Below are positions 33,164 through 42,989 of a DNA stretch of 64,000 nucleotides, one piece after another. The notes beneath the pieces were generated by a model. That model was not told the origin of the DNA, searched no databases, and was given only the letters and a program-made list of their open reading frames with translations. The translations under genes and the position numbers were made by a program. Position 1 is the stretch's first letter. Every line of letters starts with the position of its first letter. The DNA comes from Gammaproteobacteria bacterium (lineage in GTDB: Bacteria; Pseudomonadota; Gammaproteobacteria; SZUA-229), in contig JBFHVQ010000003.1 of NCBI GenBank assembly GCA_041589455.1, positions 7,050 to 71,049 on the forward strand, given 5' to 3'.

Positions 33164-35437
33164 TTAGTTGATGAAGTAGCTTTCGATGAGTTTTATTTTG
33201 CTTGCTGCTAGTTCGTTCTTGCCATTGTGTAGTAATTCGCTGGTTTCTGCAGCGATATCGGTGAGGTCTTGATAGCCAAGGCTGCCGCTAATTCCTTTGA
33301 GTTGATGAAGAACGGCATAGGCCTGTTGTAAGTTGTTCTTTTCAAGTGACTGTTTTAGTTCGTCTACGTATATCGGTAATTGTAGTAAGTATTTTTCTTT
33401 TAGATCTCGCAAAATATCATCATGCTGCATGTCGTTAAGAAGTGTCTTTTTCCGTAAATTTAGGGAGTGCGTTTGTGAAGGTTTTTCGGGTTGTGAGTCG
33501 TCAATGGAATTTTCTTGAATTATTTTAGTAACTGCGTTGTTGCCAACGTGTTTCTTGATGCTGTTAACGAGTTCATTAATGTTAATTGGTTTGGTGAGAG
33601 TGTCATTAAAGCCGATTTCCAGGTATTCTCTTTTGTGTTCAGTCAGTGCATCAGCTGTTAATGCAACAACTGGTATTTTATAGTCGTTTGATCGCAGTTC
33701 TTTGATAGCCTGGCTGCCATTCATTATGGGCATTTGAATGTCCATGAGCACCATGTCGTACTGATTGTTGAGTGCAGCTTCTACGCCCTCTTTACCATTA
33801 TTGGCTATGTCTATATCAACGCCATAATCTTCAAGATATGCTTTTACTAGCTGTTGTATTTCGAAGGTGTCTTCAACCAAAAGGATACGTCCAGTAATTG
33901 TAATGTCTGTAAGTGGTTTTTCGAGCTCGGCAATTTCAAGATCTTTTGGTGATATAGCTGTAATGAGATGGTCTTCGTTGGAGTCGTAGTTAGCGCGAAT
34001 CTGACAGGTGAATTGACTGCCAATATCTTTGATGCTTTCTGCGGTGATGTTGCCTCCCATTAATTCAGCAAGGCGTTGGGATATTGTGAGTCCTAGGCCG
34101 GTTCCGCCGAATCGATGAGAGATGGAGGAATCGGCCTGGGAAAATGGTTTAAAAAGATTCAGTTGTTGCTCCAATGTCATGCCAATGCCGGTGTCTTTAA
34201 CTTCAATAGTTAACAGGTCGTCAAGTTCACTATAAGATACATTGATGTCAACTCTACCCTCTTCTGTAAAGCGAATGGCATTACTGGCAAGATTTAGAAT
34301 GATTTGCTTTATTCGTGTTGGGTCGCTGTGTATTTTGCTAGGCAGTGGCAGTGTGTAATTTATATTAAGAAGAATGTTTTTGTTTAATGTTTTTTCGCTT
34401 AATAGCCTGCGAATATGTTCAGTTATTTTAATGATGGATACGGATCTGTTTTCAATTGTTAGTTTGTTGGCTTCGATTTTTGAAAGATCTAGAATGTCAT
34501 TGATGATATGGAGTAGATGATTTCCATTGTGTAAGACAATATCTAGCATGTTGTCCTGATCTTCTTTGCTTTTAGCTTTGTTGTAACGAACGCGTTCTGT
34601 GTAACCTATAATTGATGACAGCGGCGTCCTGATTTCATGGCTCATGTTAGCCAGGAATGCGCTTTTTTGTTGATTGGCTGCTAATGCTTCTTCTCTGTTT
34701 TTAATTTCGTTAATTAAGTCTTTGTTGGCGTGTTGTAATTCAATCTGGTTTAGATTGATGACGTCTAACATTTCATTTAGAAATTTTGAGACAAGGCCAA
34801 ACTCATCTGATCGGTTGCTATCAAGTCGAAGTTTGCTTTCTCCTTTAGAGATGCGTTGAATTCGGGTGATGATTTCATTGAAGGGTTCATGAACGATCTT
34901 TCTGTTGAGCCAGAATAAAAAAATACTGAATAATACGGAAAAGCCAACTATGGCGCTACCAGATTTAACTTGTAGTAATTTCGCACTACGTGAAAGCGAA
35001 GGGAATTCAAAGCTTATCTCGGTGTCGCCATTTGGAATGTTGACTCGTGATGTGATTTGGTAATTGTCTGGGTTAGATGATCCGACTATATAGCTTGTGC
35101 TATTAAGCTCAAACTGTATGTATTCAAGGTTGTTTTGTTTGAGAAAATCAGAAACCATATTGTTTATGGATTCTTCGTCGGCCTGATTCTGTATTAATGT
35201 TTCTATTTGATTTGAAAGCTGTAAGGTTTTCCATGAATATTCTTTTTCAGTGGTCGATTCGAAGGTTGATATGAATGGAACGGTAACAGAAAATGAAAGA
35301 ATAAGTATGATCCACACTGTTACTGCAGTAATTTTTATTGCAATGCTGCCATTCCAGTTGCTGGCCAGGTCTGTTCGTTTCACAGATGAATTCACTATCT
35401 CATTCCTGACCATTTTAGGAACATTGCCATAGGGCAA
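33164..35437 (-). CDS. Hybrid sensor histidine kinase (TM - periplasmic - TM - HAMP - HisKA - HATPase_c - REC - HPt; same domain order as BarA/GacS)
   Basis: 757 aa. H-box [17 protein letters not shown]. HATPase has DTGIGM and GGTGLGLTIS. REC has LLVEDTFEIQ...DMVLMDIQMPIMNG...KP. HPt is LHQLKGISGSLG. Confidence 0.85.
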   Translation of the reverse strand: MPYGNVPKMVRNEIVNSSVKRTDLASNWNGSIAIKITAVTVWIILILSFSVTVPFISTFESTTEKEYSWKTLQLSNQIETLIQNQADEESINNMVSDFLKQNNLEYIQFELNSTSYIVGSSNPDNYQITSRVNIPNGDTEISFEFPSLSRSAKLLQVKSGSAIVGFSVLFSIFLFWLNRKIVHEPFNEIITRIQRISKGESKLRLDSNRSDEFGLVSKFLNEMLDVINLNQIELQHANKDLINEIKNREEALAANQQKSAFLANMSHEIRTPLSSIIGYTERVRYNKAKSKEDQDNMLDIVLHNGNHLLHIINDILDLSKIEANKLTIENRSVSIIKITEHIRRLLSEKTLNKNILLNINYTLPLPSKIHSDPTRIKQIILNLASNAIRFTEEGRVDINVSYSELDDLLTIEVKDTGIGMTLEQQLNLFKPFSQADSSISHRFGGTGLGLTISQRLAELMGGNITAESIKDIGSQFTCQIRANYDSNEDHLITAISPKDLEIAELEKPLTDITITGRILLVEDTFEIQQLVKAYLEDYGVDIDIANNGKEGVEAALNNQYDMVLMDIQMPIMNGSQAIKELRSNDYKIPVVALTADALTEHKREYLEIGFNDTLTKPININELVNSIKKHVGNNAVTKIIQENSIDDSQPEKPSQTHSLNLRKKTLLNDMQHDDILRDLKEKYLLQLPIYVDELKQSLEKNNLQQAYAVLHQLKGISGSLGYQDLTDIAAETSELLHNGKNELAASKIKLIESYFIN

Positions 35438-35796
35438 ATATTGGTGATGCCAGCCATGATTAGCATGCCAGCAGTAAACCAGGGTAGGAACCAGAGATAT
35501 TGCTGATAAAAAGTTAATGGAATTAATACAAACAGGGCAATAATAAATCGAAGAACTCTTTCAGAATCTAGTTTATTCATTATTTTGTGCTGACACTTTT
35601 CCTCACTGTATGTTTCAAAATTTTTTCCATCACTTGCTTTGTTGGTCAGGCGAGTCAGGCTCAGGTTAGTAATGCTTTCGAATATCAGGAAACCGGTAAG
35701 TATGTAGATGGGAAGCAATGTCTCAAAATATGCTGAATATATGAGAATGCCCCATAGCATAAAACCAATTATGAATCTGTAGCTACGCTCGTTCAC
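35395..35796 (-). CDS. Small 4-TM membrane protein, tandem DUF2892 (YgaP-like TM domain)
   Basis: 133 aa. The second half, SERVLRFIIALFVL...WFTAGMLIMAGITNICPMAMFLKWSG, fits the DUF2892 pattern (ER..R...G......G..L...G..G.CP). The first half is a degenerate copy lacking the Cys. The 3' end overlaps the downstream kinase start. Confidence 0.55.
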   Translation of the reverse strand: MNERSYRFIIGFMLWGILIYSAYFETLLPIYILTGFLIFESITNLSLTRLTNKASDGKNFETYSEEKCQHKIMNKLDSERVLRFIIALFVLIPLTFYQQYLWFLPWFTAGMLIMAGITNICPMAMFLKWSGMR

Positions 35797-36075
35797 GATG
35801 TTTACCTGTAAGGTTTGGTTGTGTAATAGGCTGCTGTGACTGGTTTGATGTGTTGTATCTTATTGGTCTCAAGATACCTGGTATGTCAGATCTATATAAA
35901 GCATCCGTGTGGTGTTGCTTGTTGAACAAGGCCTGGATAAATAGCTATTTGCTCGATCTCGCTGAGCCAAATCACTATGATGGATTTACTGCCATGTGTT
36001 CTTGTTCAAAATCTGTCACATAAAAATTTAGCCTGCAAATGATTATAGCGGCTCCTGACGAGTTTTGTGGTTATG

Positions 36076-36819
36076 CTATGGTTTTTTGGGTGTTCCAACA
36101 GACATCAGTGGTCGCATTGTGCTTAACAGTGATTTGAATAGTAGCTTGTTCTGTTGCTCTTCGGCAGCCAGTAGTTCTTTCATGTGCTGGCGCTGTGTTG
36201 GCATTGAAAAGCAGGCAGGGCATGAGTCGGGGATTATGGGCAGGCTTTCGTTGATTGCAAAGTCTCGAGTCTGGCGTTCCCTGGCATATACCAGTGGTCG
36301 GATTATGCGTAAATCCCCATTATCATTGACGTAATGCGCTTTCATGGTCTTGAGTTGGCCGCCGTGAAATGCCGACATCAAAAAACTCTCGGCCAGATCA
36401 TCGAGGTGCTGAGCGAGGGCGATGACATTAAAATTATGTTCACGTGCAGTGCTGTACATAATGCCCCGTTTGATACGTGAGCAAAATGCGCAATATGAGG
36501 GCTTGCCCATATGCTCTTTTGCCATATCCATTATGGCTTCGCGACGGTAGTGATACTCTACGCCAAGTGATTCCAGATAAGGAATCATGGGCGAAGGATC
36601 AAAGTCTCCCGCCATTGGGTCTACGGTCATCGCGGCGAATTCAAATTGAATCGGTGCGTGACGTTTAAAGTGGTTGAGAATGTGCAGCAGGGCTAAAGAG
36701 TCCTTGCCTCCTGATAATCCTAATAAGACACGATCGCCTTCGCGGATCATGCTGAAATCCATGAGTGCTCGGCCGGTCTGGCGCAACAGGGTTTTGGGTG
36801 GTTTAATGAATTCGCTCAT
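36076..36819 (-). CDS. ttcA: tRNA 2-thiocytidine(32) synthetase TtcA
   Basis: 247 aa with PP-loop GLSGGKDSLALL and Cys motifs CAFCSRIKRG and CPAC. Confidence 0.9.
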   Translation of the reverse strand: MSEFIKPPKTLLRQTGRALMDFSMIREGDRVLLGLSGGKDSLALLHILNHFKRHAPIQFEFAAMTVDPMAGDFDPSPMIPYLESLGVEYHYRREAIMDMAKEHMGKPSYCAFCSRIKRGIMYSTAREHNFNVIALAQHLDDLAESFLMSAFHGGQLKTMKAHYVNDNGDLRIIRPLVYARERQTRDFAINESLPIIPDSCPACFSMPTQRQHMKELLAAEEQQNKLLFKSLLSTMRPLMSVGTPKKP

Positions 36820-37202
36820 GGGCGCAAAGATACAGGCAAACTGACCGCTTGCAAACCCACTTTAGAGTCGATGGCCTGGTTTTTGTCACGTGTTTCACTT
36901 AATTTGCAGTGTATCCATTGGGCAGGATATTGAAAAACAACAATTTGTCTACTTGCTGTTTTTCATCGGGTAAGGCTTATAGGTTGCTTGCCTGGTGATT
37001 ACGGAGATAAGAGAGGGTTCTAGTGCTATCGCTGTGTGCCTGACAAGCGTCATGTTGAGAATTACTGTTCATTATTCTAATGCGAATAATGAATGGTGTT
37101 TAAGTAATTAACAGAGAGGAGCGGGTATGATTGCTTATTTGGTGTGTGAGCTAAGTTGTTGAGTGACCTAGGATAGTTAATACGTGTATTTTAGACAGAC
37201 AT

Positions 37203-37233
37203 AAAAAAACCCGGCATTCCCTGCCGGGCTTTT
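37203..37233 (-). terminator. Rho-independent terminator of the candidate sRNA (GGA in loop)
   Basis: The minus strand reads AAAAGCCCGGCAGGGAATGCCGGGTTTTTTT: a 7-bp GC-rich stem, a GGGAA loop and a 7-U tail. Confidence 0.8.
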
Positions 37234-37404
37234 GGACATCCCTTGCCCTTGGTGATTGAGTATGGCGTTGTAGCTTAATCCGTTTTTCCATATACTCCTG
37301 TATATAAATCTGATCTTCCGTGGATTCCTTATCCTTGTTTATCCGTTTCAGCTACGTCCTTACGATCCTTGTGTCCCTTTGATGCCATGTCCTGTGTCCA
37401 TGGT
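37203..37404 (-). ncRNA. Candidate CsrA/RsmA-sequestering sRNA (CsrB/RsmY/RsmZ-like)
   Basis: There is no ORF. I count 14 GGA trinucleotides in ~200 nt on the minus strand, several in predicted hairpin loops: CCATG-GACACAGGA-CATGG, TATATAC-AGGA-GTATATG, and ACAAGGAT twice. The 3' end is CCCGGCA-GGGAA-TGCCGGG followed by U7. A -10-like CATAAT lies at 37413-37408. The 5' end is approximate. Confidence 0.65.
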
Positions 37405-37480
37405 TGTATTATGGGTGAGACAATGGGTAAGCTCCATCAGTTGAATCAGTTGCTTTATGTAAGAAAAAGTATCATTGGCT

Positions 37481-37498
37481 TGTAGGGATATCCCTACA
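37481..37498. promoter_or_regulatory. Perfect 18-bp palindrome resembling the GacA/UvrY upstream activating box
   Basis: TGTAGGGATATCCCTACA against the published box TGTAAG-N6-CTTACA matches 5 of 6 positions in each half-site with correct spacing. It is centred ~85 bp upstream of the inferred sRNA start and 23 bp upstream of the divergent pip ATG. Confidence 0.5.
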
Positions 37499-37520
37499 AA
37501 TATGCGAGATCGAGGAGACA

Positions 37521-38471
37521 ATGCCTAGTTTATTTCCACCTGTTAAGCCTTATGTGACTCACCATCTGGAAGTGGATAAGCCACATGTTCTGTATATCGA
37601 AGAGTGCGGAAACCCATCTGGCGTACCGGTTGTTTTTCTTCATGGGGGACCTGGAGCTGGTTGCTCTGGTTATCATCGGCAGTATTTTGATCCAGAGGTT
37701 TACCGGATTATTTTGTTTGATCAGCGTGGCTGTGGAAAATCTCAGCCACATGCAAGTCTCGAAAATAATACCAGCAGGCACCTGGTAGAAGATCTGGAGA
37801 CGATACGTAAGCATCTGAAAATTCATCAATGGGTAGTATTTGGCGGTTCATGGGGCTCGACCCTGGGACTGTTGTATGCTGAAACTTATCCCGATAGCGT
37901 TAGCGGGCTGATTCTAAGAGGGATTTTTTTGGCGAGAGATCGTGATGTCAGCTGGTTTTATCAGGAGGGTGCAAGTCGGCTTTTTCCAGATTACTGGCAG
38001 GCCTTTGTTCAGCCGATTCCGTTGTCACAGCGAGGTAATATGATCGAGGCATATCACCAGATATTAACGGGTGATGATGAGGTGTTGAAGTTGCGGGCAG
38101 CAAAGGCCTGGTCGGTCTGGGAAGGGATGACGGCAACTCTGCAGACAAATGATTCTGTGATAGAAAGCTTTGCTGGATCCCATGCGGCGTTAAGTATCGC
38201 GCGTATTGAGTGTCACTACTTTAAGCATCAGTGTTGGCTAGAGCCAGACCAGCTGGTTCGGGATATTAATAAGATTCGTCATATTCCCGCTTATATTATT
38301 CACGGTCGCTACGATGTTATCTGCCCGGTAGAGCAGGCGTGGGCGCTTTCCAGGGCATGGCCTGAAGCGCAATTGTCGATTATTGCAGATGCGGGTCATG
38401 CCGTCGTAGAGCCGGGGATTACCCAGGCCCTACTCGAAGCAACTCGTGAGATGGCGAGTAGGCTTAGGTGA
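37521..38471 (+). CDS. pip: Prolyl aminopeptidase (proline iminopeptidase)
   Basis: 316-aa alpha/beta hydrolase with HGGPGAG, nucleophile elbow GGSWGS and C-terminal GHA. Confidence 0.9.
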   Translation: MPSLFPPVKPYVTHHLEVDKPHVLYIEECGNPSGVPVVFLHGGPGAGCSGYHRQYFDPEVYRIILFDQRGCGKSQPHASLENNTSRHLVEDLETIRKHLKIHQWVVFGGSWGSTLGLLYAETYPDSVSGLILRGIFLARDRDVSWFYQEGASRLFPDYWQAFVQPIPLSQRGNMIEAYHQILTGDDEVLKLRAAKAWSVWEGMTATLQTNDSVIESFAGSHAALSIARIECHYFKHQCWLEPDQLVRDINKIRHIPAYIIHGRYDVICPVEQAWALSRAWPEAQLSIIADAGHAVVEPGITQALLEATREMASRLR

Positions 38472-38905
38472 TTGCGTTATTGCAAAGAGTAAGCGCTGCA
38501 GGAGTGACAGTGGAAGGGGAGTTTGTTGCGCGAATTGATAAGGGACTTCTGGTTTTGCTGGGTATTGAAAAAGGCGATGATCAGGCGAAGGCAGATAAAT
38601 TGGTGCATCGTATGCTGGGTTATCGGCTCTTTGAAGATGAGCAGGGTAAAATGAACCTGAGCTTGCAGGATATTGGTGGACAGTTATTGCTGGTTCCCCA
38701 GTTTACCCTCGCGGCAGATACGAATCGGGGGATGCGCCCCAGCTTTTCCTCAGCGGCAACACCGCAGCAGGGTGAATTCTGGTTTAACGAGGTAGCGAGG
38801 CAGTGCAGTGAGCAGGTGGAATTGTTGCAACTGGGGCGGTTTGGTGCAGATATGCAGGTTGAGCTGGTTAATGATGGCCCAGTGACTTTTTGGTTGCAGG
38901 TTTAG
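38468..38905 (+). CDS. dtd: D-aminoacyl-tRNA deacylase
   Basis: 145 aa, [17 protein letters not shown]...[14 protein letters not shown]...VNDGPVTF. The GTG start overlaps the pip stop. Confidence 0.92.
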   Translation: MIALLQRVSAAGVTVEGEFVARIDKGLLVLLGIEKGDDQAKADKLVHRMLGYRLFEDEQGKMNLSLQDIGGQLLLVPQFTLAADTNRGMRPSFSSAATPQQGEFWFNEVARQCSEQVELLQLGRFGADMQVELVNDGPVTFWLQV

Positions 38906-39131
38906 TGTTTCTCAAAAAAGACATCAAAAAATAAAGCTAAATCAAGGGTTTTATGAGGAATAGCCTGACTTAATACACTGTCATTTTCGGGAAGCGGTTG
39001 ATTGTTAATTCCTTTTCTTTGTATAGTGAGTGTTATTGTTGGGTTGTTATTAAAATAATATGAAAAAATAGGTTGTTAATCTGAATGATCAACCTATTTG
39101 CTTAAATATATCTGTTTAGTCGGATTGTTTC

Positions 39132-39160
39132 TTGACAGAAACCGGTGTCTTAGTTATTAA
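39132..39160 (+). promoter_or_regulatory. Sigma-70-like promoter upstream of the small membrane-protein gene (and possibly hisB)
   Basis: TTGACA, then 17 nt, then TATTAA. This is a consensus -35 with ideal spacing, ~100 nt upstream of the ATG at 39262. Confidence 0.45.
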
Positions 39161-39261
39161 TGGCTACCAGTGCAGTATGTCTTTTGGGGCTGTTTTATAT
39201 AAGAGGCGTCGTCGTATAACTGCTTATTAAATGACTATCCAGGTTTTCAGGGGGAGGAGCT

Positions 39262-39528
39262 ATGAGTGGTGTGCCGAGCTGTAAGTGTGTGATTTCATAT
39301 TTGTGGACAAATGCGCTGGTGGTGGCAGTGCTGGTGTTTCTGGTGTTTGCCTTTATTGACCCCGCTGATATTGCTGTGGCGATGATGCTGGAAGTTGACG
39401 AAGGTGTCTTCCGTATACAAGCCTATTTCTTTAGTTTCGTGTTCCTCTGGCTGGCTTTTGCCGCATCAACCTTTCTTAATTGTTACTTTAATAAAATGCG
39501 TTACAACATGCATGAACCGGCAGAATAA
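39262..39528 (+). CDS. Hypothetical small membrane protein (2 predicted TM helices)
   Basis: 88-aa ORF with a strong SD (GGGGGAGGAG, 4 nt before the ATG) and two hydrophobic segments. I recognise no family. Confidence 0.45.
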   Translation: MSGVPSCKCVISYLWTNALVVAVLVFLVFAFIDPADIAVAMMLEVDEGVFRIQAYFFSFVFLWLAFAASTFLNCYFNKMRYNMHEPAE

Positions 39529-39670
39529 TTCGCTTTTTGAGTGGCCAGGAAGAGAATCGCCTGTTTCCTGAGGATTTGTGGTGCGGATATTGCTCTCAAG
39601 AGTTTTCCCATTGTATAGAACAGTGTATCCTATACGGCTAATATACCTCATCCTCTGGAGACTCTAATCA

Positions 39671-40264
39671 ATGACTGATCGCACTGCGAAGGTCGCTCGC
39701 GATACGCTGGAAACTCAAATCACTGTTGAAGTAAATCTTGATGGCAGTGGCAAATCCGAATTCAATACTGGTGTGCCTTTCCTTGATCATATGCTGGATC
39801 AGGTAGCTCGTCATGGGCTGGTTGATCTGAATATTCAAGCCAAAGGTGATTTGCACATCGATGCTCATCATACAGTGGAAGACATTGGTATTACCCTGGG
39901 TCAGGCATTTGATCAGGCAGTTGGCGATAAAAAAGGCATCAAGCGTTATGGGCATGCCTATGTGCCACTGGATGAAGCGCTGTCACGTGTGGTTATTGAC
40001 TTCTCAGGACGCCCGGGCCTCGAAATGCCGGTTGAGTTTCCACGAGCCTCTATAGGTGGCTTCGACGTAGACCTGTTCTTTGAATTTTTCCAGGGCTTTG
40101 TTAACCATGCCAAGGTGACCCTGCACATCGATTCTATTCGTGGTCGAAACGCACATCATGTTGCAGAAACGATTTTCAAAGCCTTTGGTCGTGCATTACG
40201 TATGGCACTGGAAAATGACCCACGTATGCAGGGTGTTATGCCTTCAACCAAAGGTAGCCTGTAG
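39671..40264 (+). CDS. hisB: Imidazoleglycerol-phosphate dehydratase
   Basis: 197 aa, monofunctional IGPD, with RETxET-type start ([11 protein letters not shown]), [11 protein letters not shown] and [17 protein letters not shown]. Confidence 0.95.
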   Translation: MTDRTAKVARDTLETQITVEVNLDGSGKSEFNTGVPFLDHMLDQVARHGLVDLNIQAKGDLHIDAHHTVEDIGITLGQAFDQAVGDKKGIKRYGHAYVPLDEALSRVVIDFSGRPGLEMPVEFPRASIGGFDVDLFFEFFQGFVNHAKVTLHIDSIRGRNAHHVAETIFKAFGRALRMALENDPRMQGVMPSTKGSL

Positions 40265-40905
40265 TGTCGCAGATCGTTGTTGTTGACTATGGCATGGGGA
40301 ATTTACGCTCTGTCGCCAAGGCAATTGAGCATGTGGCTGACAACCATCGCGTTCTGGTAACCTCAGATGCAGCTGTGATCGCCAGTGCGGATAAAGTTGT
40401 ATTTCCTGGTCAGGGTGCAGCGAGAGACTGTATGCGAGAACTGGATGACCGTAAGCTCAGGGACGTGGTACTACAGGCGGCAGAAGAGAAGCCTTTTCTG
40501 GGTATTTGTATGGGTATGCAGGTGCTGCTTTCCCATACGCAGGAAAATGAAGGTGTGGATTGCCTTGGGTTATTTTCTGGTGATGTGCGCTATTTCGGTC
40601 CTGATCTTAAAGGCGCCAATGGTGATAAGCTGAAGATTCCACATATGGGCTGGAATACAGTTGATCAGCAGATTGAGCATCCGCTCTGGCATAAAATAGA
40701 AAACCACAGTCGTTTCTACTTTGTGCACAGTTATTATGCGGCTCCGGATGATGCTGATATCATTGCGTCAAAAACACACTATGGTAAAGAATTTGTTTCT
40801 GCTGTGGCGCGTGGCAATGTGTTTGCCATTCAGTGCCATCCAGAGAAAAGTGCTCAGGATGGGCTACAGTTATTAAAAAACTTCACTCAATGGAGTGGAG
40901 ACTGA
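40264..40905 (+). CDS. hisH: Imidazole glycerol phosphate synthase, glutaminase subunit
   Basis: 213 aa, VVDYGMGNLRSV, GICMGMQ (catalytic Cys), HPEKS. Confidence 0.95.
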   Translation: MSQIVVVDYGMGNLRSVAKAIEHVADNHRVLVTSDAAVIASADKVVFPGQGAARDCMRELDDRKLRDVVLQAAEEKPFLGICMGMQVLLSHTQENEGVDCLGLFSGDVRYFGPDLKGANGDKLKIPHMGWNTVDQQIEHPLWHKIENHSRFYFVHSYYAAPDDADIIASKTHYGKEFVSAVARGNVFAIQCHPEKSAQDGLQLLKNFTQWSGD

Positions 40906-40944
40906 TCAACACACTACAACTATAAATTTCGACTAGGTGATTAC

Positions 40945-41679
40945 ATGTTATTGATACCTGCCATTGATTTAAAAGACGGGCAATGCGTTCGGCTTCGTCA
41001 GGGTATTATGGAAGATAATACTGTGTTTTCAGATGACCCAGTGGCGGTAGCTGGGCAATGGGTTGAAGCTGGGTGTCGTCGTTTGCATCTAGTGGACCTG
41101 AATGGTGCCTTTAAAGGTAAGCCGATGAATGCAGAGGTCGTGCACAGTATTGCAGAGGCCTATCCGGATGTGCCCATACAAATTGGCGGTGGTATTCGCG
41201 ATGAAAGCACGATTGAGACCTATCTGGATGCGGGTGTGAGCTATGTCATTATCGGCACCAAAGCGGTTACGGATCCGCACTTCATTAGCGAAATTTGTGC
41301 AGGCTTCCCCGGTCATATTATTGTTGGCCTGGATGCCAAAGACGGCAAGGTTGCAACTGAAGGCTGGTCAAAAGTGTCACGTCATGATGTGATCGATATG
41401 GCGCAGCGATTTGAAGAAGATGGTGTTGAGTCAATTATTTATACTGACATATCAAGAGACGGTATGATGCAGGGTGTGAACGTTGAATCTACCGTTAAAC
41501 TGGCTCAGTCAATTCATATTCCAGTGATTGCATCTGGTGGTATTACCAATATGGATGATATCAAGGCGCTTAAAGCGGTTGAAGATGAAGGTATTATGGG
41601 TGCAATTACCGGCCGTGCAATCTATGAAGGCACACTTGATTTTGCAGAAGCTCAGTCCTGGGTAGATAGCCAGTCATAA
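40945..41679 (+). CDS. hisA: ProFAR isomerase (1-(5-phosphoribosyl)-5-[(5-phosphoribosylamino)methylideneamino]imidazole-4-carboxamide isomerase)
   Basis: 244 aa, [17 protein letters not shown]...HLVDLNGA...GGGIRD...ASGG. Confidence 0.95.
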   Translation: MLLIPAIDLKDGQCVRLRQGIMEDNTVFSDDPVAVAGQWVEAGCRRLHLVDLNGAFKGKPMNAEVVHSIAEAYPDVPIQIGGGIRDESTIETYLDAGVSYVIIGTKAVTDPHFISEICAGFPGHIIVGLDAKDGKVATEGWSKVSRHDVIDMAQRFEEDGVESIIYTDISRDGMMQGVNVESTVKLAQSIHIPVIASGGITNMDDIKALKAVEDEGIMGAITGRAIYEGTLDFAEAQSWVDSQS

Positions 41680-41703
41680 AGAGCAGTTGCTACAGAGTAA
41701 ACT

Positions 41704-42477
41704 ATGTCATTAGCTAAACGTATTATTCCCTGTCTTGATGTTGATAATGGTCGTGTCGTTAAAGGTGTGCAATTTGTTGATATTCGTGATGCAGGAGATC
41801 CTGTGGAAGTGGCCAGGCGCTATGATCGCGAAGGCGCTGATGAAATTACCTTTCTGGATATCACGGCGAGCTCCGACGATCGTGAAACCATTGTCCATGT
41901 CGTTGAGCAGGTGGCTGAACAGGTATTTATCCCGCTAACAGTTGGTGGTGGTATCCGAAAACTGGAAGATGTACGGCGCATGCTGAATGCCGGTGCAGAT
42001 AAGGTTGCGATTAATACGGCAGCTGTTTTCAATCCTGAGTTTGTCAAAGAAGCCAGTGAGCGAGTGGGTTCGCAGTGCATCGTAGTTGCTATTGATGCCA
42101 AAAAGGTGAGTGCTGAAGGCGAGCCAAATCGTTGGGAAATCTTTACTCACGGTGGTCGTAAGCCAACCGGACTTGATGCTATCGAGTGGGCAAAAAAAAT
42201 GGCAAATTATGGTGCTGGTGAAATATTACTTACCAGTATGGATCGAGACGGCACTAAGATAGGCTTCGATCTGGAATTAACGGCAGCGATTAGTGATGCG
42301 GTGAGTATTCCGGTTATTGCATCCGGTGGCGTCGGCAACCTGGATCATCTGGCAGATGGTGTGTTGAAAGGCAAGGCTGATGCAGTGCTGGCGGCAAGCA
42401 TCTTTCACTTTGCTGAATACAGTGTTGAAGAGGCTAAGCAGCACATGGCCGCTAAGGGCATAGAGATGCGACTGTAG
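41704..42477 (+). CDS. hisF: Imidazole glycerol phosphate synthase, cyclase subunit
   Basis: 257 aa, [22 protein letters not shown]...TVGGGIR...SMDRDGTK...ASGG. Confidence 0.96.
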   Translation: MSLAKRIIPCLDVDNGRVVKGVQFVDIRDAGDPVEVARRYDREGADEITFLDITASSDDRETIVHVVEQVAEQVFIPLTVGGGIRKLEDVRRMLNAGADKVAINTAAVFNPEFVKEASERVGSQCIVVAIDAKKVSAEGEPNRWEIFTHGGRKPTGLDAIEWAKKMANYGAGEILLTSMDRDGTKIGFDLELTAAISDAVSIPVIASGGVGNLDHLADGVLKGKADAVLAASIFHFAEYSVEEAKQHMAAKGIEMRL

Positions 42478-42532
42478 CTGGCTCTCAGCATAGGGATAAT
42501 AGTCTAAAACCTACCTGTGATAAAATAACCCT

Positions 42533-42916
42533 ATGAGTGATAACTGGTTAGATCAAATAAAGTGGACCGATGATGGTCTGGTGCCTGCCATTGCCCAGGA
42601 TGCAGTAAGTGGTCGTGTGCTGATGTTCGCCTGGATGAACAGAGAATCGCTGCAAATGACAGTCAATAAAGGTGAGGCGGTATACTTCTCACGTTCTCGT
42701 AATAAGCTCTGGCATAAGGGTGAAGAATCAGGTCACACGCAAAAGATTAAATCGTTACGTCTGGATTGTGATGGTGACGTGATTATTATGCAGATTGAGC
42801 AAACTGGCGGGATTGCCTGTCATACAGGTAGAGAAAGCTGTTTTTATCGTGAGTTTGATAATGGTAAATGGGTCACTGTTGATGAAGTGATTAAGGATCC
42901 GGAAGAAATCTACTAA
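42533..42916 (+). CDS. hisI: Phosphoribosyl-AMP cyclohydrolase
   Basis: 127 aa, GLVPAIAQD...[10 protein letters not shown]...[16 protein letters not shown]...DCDGD...CHTG. Confidence 0.94.
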   Translation: MSDNWLDQIKWTDDGLVPAIAQDAVSGRVLMFAWMNRESLQMTVNKGEAVYFSRSRNKLWHKGEESGHTQKIKSLRLDCDGDVIIMQIEQTGGIACHTGRESCFYREFDNGKWVTVDEVIKDPEEIY

Positions 42917-42989
42917 TTAAAGGTCTGTTTGGTGCTTAAAGGTGCCAGGTGGCTTTATAACTGATTCGCCTGATAGAGTTGAGAAGTTA

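Noticed and set aside
39529-39670. his operon attenuator or leader peptide upstream of hisB
   Set aside because: There is no run of His codons and no alternative terminator/antiterminator hairpins in the 142-nt interval.
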